Source: Fimicolochytrium jonesii (Eukaryota). From it: a stretch of DNA of 64,000 nt. The DNA lies in contig NW_026515672.1 in assembly GCF_025526975.1 (NCBI RefSeq), positions 62,001-126,000 on the forward strand, written 5' to 3'. Below the pieces are notes generated by a model, which searched no databases, was not told the origin of the DNA, and saw nothing but the letters and a program-made list of their open reading frames with translations. Below are positions 13,501-25,216 of this stretch, piece after piece; the first letter of the stretch is position 1, and each line of letters opens with the position of its first letter. A program made the position numbers and the translations under genes.

Positions 13501-14364
13501 GCTCTCCTGGGAACCAAGGTCAACCTCTCATCGGCGTTCCATCCCCAGAGCGATGAACAAACCGAGCGGACCAATCAGATTCTTGAGCAATACCTTCGCT
13601 GCTTTTGCAACTATCAACAAGATAACTGGAAGGAACTCTTGTCTTCTGCTGAGTTCTCTTACAATAACACCATCCACTCCGCCACCCAGACAACCCCCTT
13701 CTACGCCAACTATGGGTTCCATCCTTGATTCAGTCTGGCTTCCGCCACCACAACCGAATCCCTTAATCCTGCAGCCGAAGCTCGTGCCAACCATCTCAAG
13801 GAAATCCACGAACAGCTTGCCAGTGAGCTCAAGGAGGCCCAAGGACGCATGAAGCGCTTTGCCGATGCTAAGAGGGCACCTGGCCCAGACATGAAACCCA
13901 GGGACAGTGTCTGGCTCTTACAGCGGAATCTCAAGACTCTCCGACCTTCCCAGAAACTTGATCACCGTAAGATTGGCCCCTTCACAATCACGGAGAAGAT
14001 CAACTCGGTCACATATCGCCTCAAGCTTCCCCCATCCTACAAAATTCACAACGTCTTCCATGTCTCCCTTCTTGAACCACGTTTCACCATTCCGGAGCGA
14101 ACTGAGCCAGAACCCACCCCACCAGAAGAAGTCGAAGGACAGGAGGAATGGATTGTGGAAGACATTCTTGACTCCCGTATTCGACGCACGCACCTTCAGT
14201 ACCTCATCAAGTGGCAGGGTTGGCCAAGCTCGGAGAACACATGGGAGCCAGTGGAACACCTTGCCCGATGTCAAGAGCTTGTTGCCCAGTTCCACCAAAA
14301 GTACCCCGACAAACCCCGACCAAAGCCTGCCAACATCAAAACAACATCCGGACGCCGTGGCTAA
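10493..14364 (+). pseudogene. pol: Copy 3 PR-Pol, disrupted
   Basis: Two 1-nt deletions (~11095, ~11150) relative to copies 1/2, and a CGA>TGA nonsense change at 13726-13728 in integrase. Confidence 0.92.
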
Positions 14365-14376
14365 AGGAGGGGGTGA

Positions 14377-14906
14377 TGTTATGGATGACGCGTCCATACC
14401 ATGCGCTTACCTCATGACAGCATCCCAACAGTCAGTCAATGTCAATTCCCTGTCAAAACCTGACATCTGCCAAACCTCGCAGCCGCACGCAGCCGCGCTA
14501 CCCCACACCTGCCACTGCCTTCATTTCTCCACGCAGCCGCACGTAGCCACACCTCCCAACACTCGGCGCTTACAAACCCTTCTCCATACTTCCCCACGTA
14601 CCCGCCCACAGCCTCAGCGTAGCCACCCCATCCCCAGTCTTCTGTTTCTATGCTTCCCCACCCTTGGCGCTTCTCTTGGCTTCCCTCTCATTCCGTACCC
14701 TTCTGCTTCCCCACGCTTCCCCAGCCTTCCCAGAAAAACATAAATAGCCGCCTCCCCTGAGCTCCCCACTTCCTGATTCCCCAGCAGATCAACACCAGTT
14801 CTTCCTAGTCTTGTTCTAGTTCTTGTTTTGGTCTGAATACCATTACCTGTCAACAACCTGCACCACAAGTCGCCTCTATTTCCATCGGCTCCGCCCATTC
14901 ATAACA
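14377..14906 (+). repeat. Terminal LTR-c (530 bp)
   Basis: Only one 64-bp unit and about 7 substitutions versus LTR-a/b; followed by non-element sequence GACAC. Confidence 0.95.
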
Positions 14907-15874
14907 GACACGCCGATAATACTGTTGGCGCTGCGCTCGGCTGATTCCGGCTCTACGGAGATGCAGTACGACTTGCTTCAAACCAAGCCTTTCATTGACA
15001 TAGCGCAGAAACATTTGCATAAAATGCTCCTGTATGTTGACTTTGAGGTTGGTGAAGATGCTCGTAGCTGTGTACGCTGCGGTCTGTTGGCTATTGCGCA
15101 TGCAGATGGGGGCAAATCCGTGAACATTACAGTACTCTTGAACCCGTGGACGCAACTCTTGCGTGATGGTCGGACTGCCATTGTGGCCGGGGTTGTTTAG
15201 CAGCTCAAATATCACACAAATGTGCTTGTCGGTAGTGTCCGGGAAATCGGGTAGAGGATGATCGGCTGCGGTGGGCACGTAGTAGTCAGGACATTATTTC
15301 ATGGGAACCATACAGTGTACCTCAAAAACTTACCAAGGTAGTACTTGAGAAAGAAGGTGGTGTGGCGCGCAAGGACGTGAACATTGCCGATGAACGTTGT
15401 CAGGCGCCCCCTTTGCACTTGATTGTGATTTTGGATTCAGTGAAGGGAAACCTTCGTGCTGGCATGCGTCTGCGGGCGGGGTCGTTGAACTGGTGGTGGA
15501 GGTGGGGCTTCAAGCACCAGGGATCCACCCGGTGTGCTGGGAAAACGGGAAGGGATGGGAGCGGGGAGGTTCAACGGACGCTGCAGACCCCTGTCGACGG
15601 GTGAAAGCCCTCGCTGCTGGTGCTGTTGCCCGTCTTCATCGCCAGAACTCTCGCTAACCATGTCTGCGATTGCTTGGGGCAAGTGGCGCTGGACAGATGG
15701 TGGGAACTCGAATCGAGGGCGCGGGGCCTGCAATGGCGTCTGTACGGCGGGTGGCAGACGTATGGGCAACCGCGGGGTAACTGGAGCAACCTTCCTCCTC
15801 TTCTGCCGTGGTGTGGTTGCTCCAGTAAATATGCCACACCACAGGTGCCCCTGGAGCGCTTGGTGTGATGACAT
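14907..15874 (-). pseudogene. N-terminal half of a Fanzor1 RNA-guided nuclease gene, interrupted by the LTR array
   Basis: Spliced translation (intron 15266-15333): ...THASTKVSLH*...VHVLARHTTFFLKYYL/ADHP...IFELLN...VQEYC...TNLKVNIQEHFMQMFLRYVNERL. This is colinear with SpuFz1 as recalled (TNLKVNVQEHFMQMLLRYIN). NLS-like PRQKRRK; in-frame TGA at 15437-15439. Confidence 0.85.
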
Positions 15875-16355
15875 GTTGGCTGTGCTGTGCTGTGCTGTGC
15901 AGGGAGGTTAGATTGATCTGTTCTAGGTAGTGTGAGGGATTGCTGTTGTTACCTGGAGGTGGTCGGCGGGATGTGTACTGTACAGAGGTGTTGGCAATTG
16001 CATTGGGAAGGAAGTAGGTTGGGAAGCAGGTGAGGAAGGAGAGATGGGCCTACGTCCGAGATCCATTTTTGGAGGTAAGAAGCTTGATATATTCCACGGC
16101 GTCTTTATATATGAATCTCCATGTTCTTGTGCGATACAGAGTGTGGCTTGGACCAGCGAAGAAAAAAGCCCAGCCATTGCTACGCTTGCTTATGGGAATG
16201 GGGGGAAGGGAATGGGGGGAAGCGGGGGGTATGGCACTGACAGCACTGGATATTCGACAGCTCAGCGGAGTATGTACGTACAGTCTACACATATTGCCGT
16301 GCTATGGGACTGGGGCCTAGGTCCTATTACAGGCGGTCCTCGACTGAAAATCAAC

Positions 16356-17071
16356 TGTAACGCGTCTATGGCCCGTTACTAACCGTTACTACCGCTACCT
16401 ATGGCCCGTTACTATGGAGCCGCTGGTTATTTACAGCCTTCACGCTCGGATTCACAGCCTTCACGCTCGGTTTTACAGCCTTCACACTCGGCCTCTTACA
16501 GCATTCTGGACCTGGCTTCCGTCGCTTCTATTAGAGCCGTGGCCAGCCTTGTACCCATAGCTGCAGGTTTTCTTCACCAGTTCTTCCACACCCACTCACC
16601 GCCATTGCCACCGCCATTGCCACCACCATTGCCATCGCCATTGCCATTGCTTGAGGCAGCTCGGAATAGGAGCAGCCTCGCGATACGCTACCTTCTCGAC
16701 TCGCGATCGCCCGAGGCAGCTCGGAATAGGAGGTGCGCACTCGCGGTACGCTCTCTCAACTTCCGCAATCGCTTGACTCGAGTGGTTTCCTCCAGCATCT
16801 CAGCGTTTCAAGACCAAGATTCCGTGGCCCAATCCCCAGATTCCGTTGCCCATTCCCCATTACACTACACTAGAAGAAGTTATGACCACTGCCGGCACGG
16901 CCAGGCGTGGTATTCACTGCCGGCACGGCCAGGCGTGATTGTTAACTATCTTCTGGTGTGCCTGGTGCCTGGTGAATGGTGAATGGTGAATGGTGAAGCG
17001 ACCTCGGCTCTCGCTCCACAACCGATGAACAGTTATGACCACTGCCGGCACGGCCAGGCGTGATTGTTAAC
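16356..17071. repeat. Cluster of short direct/tandem repeats, possibly a mobile-element remnant
   Basis: 21-bp x3 (16431-16492); GCCATTGCCACC runs; 20-bp x2 (16653, 16713); 23-bp CACTGCCGGCACGGCCAGGCGTG x3 (16887, 16915, 17040); GGTGAAT runs. Confidence 0.7.
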
Positions 17072-18391
17072 CCTACTTCTGTGTTGGAGGTGCTGTGTTC
17101 TGCGCTTGGGTCCGTCTGCATTTTGAGCTGTGCTGTACGGTCATGGACATCGGTGTCCACGTCGTCGCCGAAGAAGACGAAGAATATCGCAGATCCAGCG
17201 TTCCCGTATAGGCAGAACTAGACATCGTCACTCGTCCTTGACACTCATCCCTCTGCGTAGCACCTCACCCGGCAACCGTGATGCTTCACCCTTACCTGAA
17301 CCCATGGCCGATACTCCTACTACCTCGGTTCCCACGACTGAGCACGTCCCACAACTTTCCTAGACCATCGACGACACTTCCGTTGGCCGTACTACTCGCT
17401 CTACCCGACAACCCAAGGGCAAGGCCTCCGGCCCGTCGGCCACGGTCGCTTCTGCGTCCGCCACCGCTACGATCACTGCCACGGTTACTTCGACTGAGCC
17501 CCGGTCCGCGGTGACTGAGCCTACCAAAAACAAGGTCATTCGGGTCAGATCGGTTGCCCCTGCTACATCGGTCGAACTTCCTCCGGTTACCTCTGTTACC
17601 TCTATTTCTATTCCACTGCCTCTTTTTCCCACGTAGGTTCCGCCGCCTCCCCCCGGTTTTCCCCTGCCCTATCCGCCCCTCTTCCCGAACCCGTACGTCG
17701 CCGGCATTCCCACGCTTGGCGCTTCCGTCGCGCCCTTCCCCTGCAGCACCCAGGGAACCACCCGACCGCCCCGGCGTGCAGACCTACGGGCATACTCTCT
17801 CCGGCCGGCGTGTCCTCTGGGTCTGGGTAACGGACAGTCCAGCTTTCGTATCTATATACAAGACCTCCGTGATGCTCTCATTTTCTGTGATGTGAAAGTG
17901 AAATGTATAGCGCATCGGCCCTTTTGTCTTACTCTCTCGTCTGTTGGACGTCTGCATATGATATGCTGGAACTTGCCTGGAAGGGCAGTGGTGTGATGAA
18001 CCCTGCGAGTCATTATATATGTATCTATATACAAGACAAAGCATTTGATACGTACAATACATGCAATTGATACCGCACTAAGATAGCCACGCCAATATTG
18101 AACGGCATCCTACTCCGCCATCCTACTCTGCCTTCGTGGCCTTCATTGCATCCTCCAGCTTCATGGCATCAATAAACTTCCTGTCCTCCTCCTCAGATTT
18201 GATCTCCTCGAATTTTATCTCCAGTTTCATCTTCTTTGCCGGTTTTCTGTTCTCCTTCCAATTCTTACACTTCTTCTTTATCTTACAAAGCCCCTTCTCG
18301 TCCTGCATATGTATTCTATGTTATGTACAGGTGAATAGGTTTTCCGCCTTGCGTTGCGTGGGTATATGTGTACACAAGACAGTGTGATTTC

Positions 18392-19890
18392 TCAGTCGTC
18401 GTGATGCCGCTTGCGAGGGTTGTCGGGCGGTGGGAGTGATGGGGGGACGTCTCGCACGCCTTCGCTCTGTCAAAAGGAAAGGAGGAATCGAAGCGTGAGC
18501 ATGCGGTTGCCGCCCTACCCAATGCCCCCAGAATCAAGTTCGGAAACCCACCGTAATACAAAACCCCACAGTCCTCTCCGGCAAACTCGGACTCTTAACC
18601 AAACAAGCCCTCCGTACCCCCTGGTCCCAAAACAAAATTACCCGATTCGTACACGCATGCCCCCACGTCGCCCCCAGCGCCGGCACCAACACCGCATCGC
18701 CCTCCCCCGTCCCCATCTCCCCACCGACTTTCGTAGTCATCTGATTCATCACAACAACCGCGCACGTAAACTCCTCCGCACACCTGCGTAGAGTCTGGGC
18801 GGTTGTGTTTAATAAGCGGGCGCGGAGGGGCATATCAGCTTGGGAGAAGGCTTGGCGGAAGTGGAAGGCGATTGAGTCGATTATGATGAGTTTTATGTTG
18901 CGGTGGGTGGAGAGGAAGGAGGGGAGTTGGTGGGTGAGGGCGACTTGGGCGGTGGGGGAGTGAATGCGGAGGATGTGGATGCGGGAGAGGAGGGTTGAGA
19001 CGGGTGGGGGTGGGATGTCTGGAGGAGGATATAAATGAGCGGTCTGGCGGCATTGGAAGGAAGAGCGCGGAGGTGGAATCCCCTTTCCCGACTGCATACA
19101 TGCCATACCTGCCGCCCGAGGATCTGTCGCCATGAGCCGTTCCGCCGCCGCCGCAATCTCAGCCACGCGCTCAATAATGAAGCTTCCTTCCGTATCTAAA
19201 CCACGTTGTCGTGAGCGAATGAGTGCATTCCTGACGGGTCGAGCCCCACCCCAAGAATCAAAGCATACCAACATACAACGCCTCCCCCCCAGCCCCACCC
19301 AACACCTCCGGCAACTGCACATTCACACACGCCTGCATCCTAACCGTAGCCGCATCAGTCTCGCCCCATCCTTTTATACACCATGCAATATTACACATCA
19401 ACCCACCCAATTTGAGTCTTCCCCAACCCGGGCGGCCCACACACCTCCGTCACCTTCCCGGCCGAGAACCCGCCACCGCCGAGCATGTCGTCGAGCGCTT
19501 TGCAGGAGGTGGTGATGGAGGCGCGGCGGCGTTCGACAGAGAGGGCTTCGAGGGCTGATATAGATTTTGGTGGGTCTGGTTGAAACGACGGAGGCCTGTG
19601 GGTGAGTGAGGTGCAGTGCTGGTGGGAGATTGGTGATGTGGGGACGTACTACGTTGGATTTGTCGGTGAATACGAGCTGAATCTTCAAGCGTGCCTCCTA
19701 TCCCTATCACCAATCACCCGTATCAGATATGATTGTCATCAGGAACGGGGCACAACTTTTGCAGTAACATACGCTGAGCGAGCGGACCTGGCTGCAGACT
19801 CTCGACGTCTGAGGCGCTTCTGAGGCCTGCATTGTGGAGACGGACGCGCAGGTCTTGGTCTAGGTTGAAGGTTGCGAGGGGGCGGTGCAT
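18392..19890 (-). CDS. RAD51C: RAD51 paralog, RAD51C-like (multi-exon)
   Basis: Walker A CGPPGLGKTQ, YIDTEGSF-like, Walker B LIIIDSIAFHFR, NQMTT, PALGATWGH, KSP. Confidence 0.88.
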
Positions 19891-20140
19891 GGTCCGAGGG
19901 AGCTGCTGGGTGGAGGTGGTAGCGAACGAAGTGGGTGTTCTCCCATGCGCTGGGGACAAGATGGGCGCTGATCAACGAGCGGAAATTGAGCGGAAATGCC
20001 CATGTCGAGCATGTCGCGGAAAGAGCTCAGCGCGTTGTGCACTGCATAGGCAGATAGGCATTGCATAGGCGGTATCGGCTCGGAAACCACCCTGATTCCG
20101 TCCATATTCCCTCAAACAAAACACCCAACACCTAGCTGCA

Positions 20141-21205
20141 ATGAGCGACATTGCACACATAAAGTCCCTGCTCAAGGCCATCCCGGACTTTCCCAAGAAG
20201 GTATGTCCTTTCTGCCGCTCCCCGTCCGCCTTTGCCCACACCGCATTCGACTTACCACCTTCCCTTCGTGGGCGTCTTAGGGCATTCTCTTCCAGGGTGG
20301 GTATTGAGCTCAGCATACCGAGTAGTATCACGTTGGGTGCGGTGAACTCGAATTGATTGTCCCCTTGTTTTACTGGCTTGTAGATATCTTCCCTATCTTC
20401 CAGGACCCTCTCGCTGTCGAGGTAAGGGATTGTCATGCTTTGAAGTTGAGGTACGCTTTCTGGCGACGAAGTGATCTAACGAAAGGGGTGTTCCCTCTAT
20501 AGACCCTAGTAACGAACGTCGTGCATCATATCCTTTCGACGGGGTTGCCCAAGATTGATGTTATCGTCGGTACGTAAAACCATTCAATTTCGTGGAAGGC
20601 ACTTGAAGGCGACCGGCGTCTGCTTCAGGCCGTCGCACTTGAAGCCGACCGCGGGAAGACGCCAGGCCGGGGAACTCAAGCAACGGGGTTTGTTTTCTTA
20701 GGTCTCGATGCTCGTGGGTTCCTGCTAGGCCCATGGATAGCCAACCGCCTCGGCGCAGCGTTCGTTCCCGTCCGCAAAGCCGGCAAGCTGCCTGGAGAGA
20801 CTACAAGGGTCGCTTACGAGAAGGAATACGGAACTGTAAGAAAATCGTGATAACCTGAAGGTCACGGGGATGGAAAGGTTAACAACTCTTGGGATATCGC
20901 GGCAGGACTACTTTGAAATGCAAACAGGCGCAATCAAGAAGGGCCAGAATGTCGTTGTGTTCGATGATTTGATCGGTACGTCTCCCTTTCCCTCCCCCAC
21001 TCCTCTCCGTTCCGCTCTCACCCCGGTTTGACACCCATCTTCCCGACCAATAGCAACAGGCGGCTCAGCAAAAGCCGCGGGAGACCTAATCGCCCAAAAC
21101 GGCGGAAAGACGGTCGAATACATCTTCATTGTCGAGCTCACGGCACTTCAAGGGGTCACGAAGTTGGATGCGCCGGTTTATTCTTTGGTGCAGTTTGATG
21201 ATTAG
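20141..21205 (+). CDS. APT1: Adenine phosphoribosyltransferase (multi-exon)
   Basis: [49 protein letters not shown]. Confidence 0.95.
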
Positions 21206-21431
21206 AGGGTGGGGATCTGGGGGAACAGAGACATACGACACGAGCGTAGCACAGTAGCCAGTTCGAGTAGGGCGGCCCGATGGGATCCTTTTGCTTTCGG
21301 CCGTGTGTGATGTAGACAGACAGTGCGATGCAGACATTTTGTACATTGGATTATATAGCATAATAGACAGAAATGTATCAGATTGTGAAATGGTTGCGTG
21401 CGGAGTTGGGGCATGCGAGAAACCCAGCCCC

Positions 21432-23266
21432 TTATCGATGGAACTGAATCATCCCTGACAAAATCATTGATTATCAGCGACAACTTCACACTGCTAACGA
21501 CCATCAACACGAAAACTCACCCCACTTCCCATTAACCCTCCACTCCCCATCCTTGTTATCCAGCTGCCCCTCTTGCCCCTCGGCTAACCCAACCGCCGGA
21601 TCACTCTTACACGTCCTCAACAGCACCACCGGCGGCGTCTGCTTCCCCATCCCTTCGACCAACCCCCCCAACGCCACGCCCAATGCCGTGGTAGTCGGCC
21701 AAGTGAGGTCGTAAACCGCTTTCCGGTAGTTCAAATCCCCTTTAAGGATCCAGAGATGTGATGTGCACATATCGGTGTACATTTCGGTTGCACTGGGCGT
21801 TGTAGGCAGTGCCCAAATCGGCAGCGGGGTGGTCCAAAACCCATCATCCCGAACCACCCACCGCCCGTCGCGGATATACCCCCTCCACCGCTCCACCGTC
21901 GTCTCCATCTCCCTCGTCGGTGTGTAACTCCCCGAGGGTGATGATCCCGGCGACAGGTGGTGAAGGAGGTAGGTCAGGTCCGCGGGGGTGGTATCGCTGA
22001 CGAACCAGGGGATGTGTTTTGAGTGGAATGTGATTTGATGTGCGAGGGAGGTGGAGAGGAGGAGGTCGGCGAGGCAGAGGTCGGCGAAGAGTTCGAAGCC
22101 TAGAGAAAAATAGTCGTTCGGTTTGGCATCACCCCTGTCGTTGGATTCAAGTTGTTATCGGATGATGCAAGCATACCAGCGTTATCCAACACGATATCCA
22201 CGCGACGATGAGAAGGCGAGGAGGGTGGAGTGAGGAGATGATCGATGACGGCCGATGTGTGGTCGACGATGATATGCGCCCGCATGGCGTCGAGGCCGGT
22301 GGCGGAGGACGTCTGGAGGGTGTGCATGCTGCTGTGAGCAACATTTTGCAGGAGGGAGAGATCCGTTTGGTTGCCCCAGAGTGAGAACTGATGTCAAAGA
22401 GGGTTGGGAAAAGGTGGCGTTAGTGCGAAGGAAAGTTGGACTGGACTGGGCGTGTGATGAACGACAGATGACGTGAAACGACATCCCGCTCGCTCACGCT
22501 CGCGACAAGACTGTCGGGCGGCGGTGGGCGGGAGCGGGCTCGTTTCGCTCACGAAAGAAGCGACACTGGGTGGTGCCCACTACGAGCCGCTTTGAGGGAA
22601 GTATCCCGCTCGCTCCCGCCTGCGTCGACTCACCTGAATAAACTCCTCCAACACCGCCCTCACATCCCCGTCCCCAATGCCATTCCCCTTCCCCTTTCCA
22701 AGCCTCTCCCTAACCTCCTCCAAATATCCCGCCAACTCCGTCATCCCTTTTACGGACGCCCAAAACACCGGCTCCTTCTGCCCGGCCATAAACACATCAA
22801 ACTCCTTCCACTCGCTCCTCGTCCCAAAAATCTCGCGTAGTTTCCTATACATAGCGCACTCGACAAACAACCAGGGGGAGGTAAACCAAGTGGGTTGTCG
22901 ACCTTCTTGTTGCGTTAATTCGGTTAAGCAGGCGTTCCATAAGTCGACGTCGGGCTCGGAGTCAGTGAAGGGGGTTAAAGGGCGATCGCGTTGGAGCTCA
23001 TAGATCAGTTTGGAGATGTCGGAGATGACGGCTTTGCCTTGGGTGTGTTTGAGTGAGGAGGAGGAGGTTGGGGACGAAGAGGAGGACTCTGAGTGGAGTT
23101 GTTTTGAGACTGCGTCTACGCACTTTGTGAGAATGATGGGCAGGCGGTCTTTGACGGTTGGGTAGGCGAAGGAGGACTTTTGGGAGGCGCGGAGGGCGTC
23201 GATGGCGGGAGGGAATGGGGGGAGGAGGGGGTTGTCGGAGGAGGAGGAGGAGGAGTCTGCGGACAT
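21432..23266 (-). CDS. DUF89/ARMT1-like damage-control phosphatase (multi-exon)
   Basis: SFAYPTVKDRLPIILT, WFTSPWLFVECAMYR, LWGNQTDLS, DIVLDNAG, KHIPWFVSD, LKGDLNYRK, LRTCKSD. Confidence 0.9.
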
Positions 23267-23520
23267 CTTGAGAAGGCAGTATGTGCAACGGGAGCGTACG
23301 GAGTGTGCCGAGGGGGATGGGAGAGAGAGCGAGAAAAAAGCACACTTGGGGCAAAGTGAACACCTCGTCTCAGAGTCGTCTGCCCCTCCTCCAAGTTCCA
23401 TCCCGCAACCATCTTGAAAAACCGACAACCAGCAAGGAATATCGACAAGCGGCCTTCGGGACACACGCTTCTGGCCCTCGTCTCCTTACGTGCGGGGAAG
23501 CCCCTCCTGTGATACTCGAT

Positions 23521-25003
23521 ATGCGTCGAACAGCTCTCGCAACAGGCCGTAGGCTGCACTCAGCACACCTGTCAACTCGGCGACCTCAACCAAGTCATCT
23601 TGACCGTGTCCCGCCACTTTCCTCAAGCTTATTCTCCCGCACTCCCAAACGAGCCCTATACTCAACCCCCAACACCAACGCAGACTCACCCCGCTTCCCC
23701 TGCGTCGAACGAAACCAAGAACGCGAACGCTCCCTAGACGGCGGGCCCGAACCTGCCTACGAGAACGTCGTGTCCGGCTACAAGACCTTCCACTACCCGC
23801 ACCCCTTCACCTTCGTCCACGGGGGCAGCCTCCCTTCCTTCAACATCGCCTACGAAACATGGGGCACCCTCAACGAGTCCAAATCGAACGCCATTCTCCT
23901 TCATACAGGTTTGAGCGCCAGCAGCCACGCAAAGAGCCACGCGCGGAATACGAACGATGGGTGGTGGGAGAAGTTCATTGGGCCTGGATTGGCGATTGAT
24001 ACCGACAAGTTCTTTGTGATTTGCACAAATGTGCTTGGAGGGTGTTACGGGACAACCGGCCCGCATAGCGTCGACCCATCACGGCCGGGGCAGGAGCGCT
24101 ACGGGACGCGGTTCCCCATCATCACAATCTGGGATATGGTGCGCGCGCAGTTCAAGCTGCTGGACGCACTAGGGATCCGGAAACTGCACGCCAGCGTCGG
24201 CGCCTCAATGGGCGGCATGCAATCCCTCGCCGTCGCGGCCCTCCGTCCCGATCGCGTAGGGAGGGTGGTCAGCATCTCCGCCGCGGCGCGCTCCCACCCG
24301 TACTCCATCGCCCTCCGACATACGCAGCGCTCCGTCCTCATGTCCGACCCGAACTGGAAACAGGGGTTCTATTACGACTCCGTTCCGCCGCATGTGGGGA
24401 TGAAACTTGCGCGACAGATCGCGACCATTAGCTACCGATCGGGTCCCGAATGGGAGCAGAGGTTCGGTACCAAACGCGCGAAACCGGACGAACCGCCGGC
24501 TCTTTGTGCGGATTTCCTCATCGAGACGTATTTGGACCATCAAGGGGAGAGGTTCTGCTTGCAGTATGATCCGAACTCGTTGTTGTATATCTCTAAAGGT
24601 ACGTGGACGGGTCGATATCTCTCATTGCTTCGGTCCACCTCATCTTCCCGAATCCACAGCAATGGATATGTTTGACATGTCCCTCCTCCCCACCCTCCTC
24701 ACCCCCGACGAATGCCTCGCCGCACCCTCCTCCCCCTCTCCCGTCCCCTCCTCCTCCACCACCTCTCCGTCCCCGCTAACGCGCGCCCTAACCCGCCTGC
24801 AAATGCCCACCCTAGTTCTCGGCGTGCAATCCGACATCCTCTTCCCGCACTGGCAACAAAAAGAGATTGCAGCCTGCCTGAAAGACGCCGGGAACGCCCA
24901 CGTGACGTATTACGAGCTGGATGCGCTGTATGGGCATGATACGTTCTTGATTGATGTGAATGGGATTGGGGGGGCTGTTAAGGGGCATTTGGAGTTGGCT
25001 TGA
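23521..25003 (+). CDS. Serine O-succinyltransferase / homoserine O-acetyltransferase family (Cys2-like), probably mitochondrial
   Basis: [16 protein letters not shown] nucleophile, SDILFP, GHDTFL; Arg-rich N-terminus; intron 24599-24659. Confidence 0.9.
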
Positions 25004-25216
25004 GGGGAGGGGTGTGTGGGCAGTCGGTAGTCGCACACTTTTACCGGTAGATGCAGATACCTTTTCGTCCTTGAATCATGTAGAAACGTTTTTTTTGCTG
25101 CGGGATAGGCTCTTGGGTACGGTTTTGATCGGCAGATCTATGGTTTGCATATGTACATAGCCCCAAAAAGCCCCCATCATAAATACATCCCCCCCTCCTC
25201 CCGTCCCCCACACCAT

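Larger units (their letters stand above)
1..14906 (+). mobile_element. Tandem array of >=3 Ty3/gypsy chromovirus LTR retrotransposons sharing LTRs (left end outside window)
   Basis: ~5.41-kb unit repeated three times (gag-PR-RT-RNaseH-IN-chromodomain). Single LTRs lie between units at 3550, 8967 and 14377, each preceded by the polypurine tract AAAGGAGGGGG. Confidence 0.97.

Noticed and set aside
16080..16310. CATA (minus strand) sites as the TAM/left end of the Fanzor1 element
   Set aside because: Several candidates exist and there is no right end in the window to compare with.
16878..17071. 23-bp repeat x3 as a CRISPR-like array
   Set aside because: Spacers are 5 and ~100 bp, there are no cas genes, and the context is eukaryotic.
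18123..18308. Lys/Glu-rich 61-aa ORF
   Set aside because: Too short, with no identifiable domain or gene structure.
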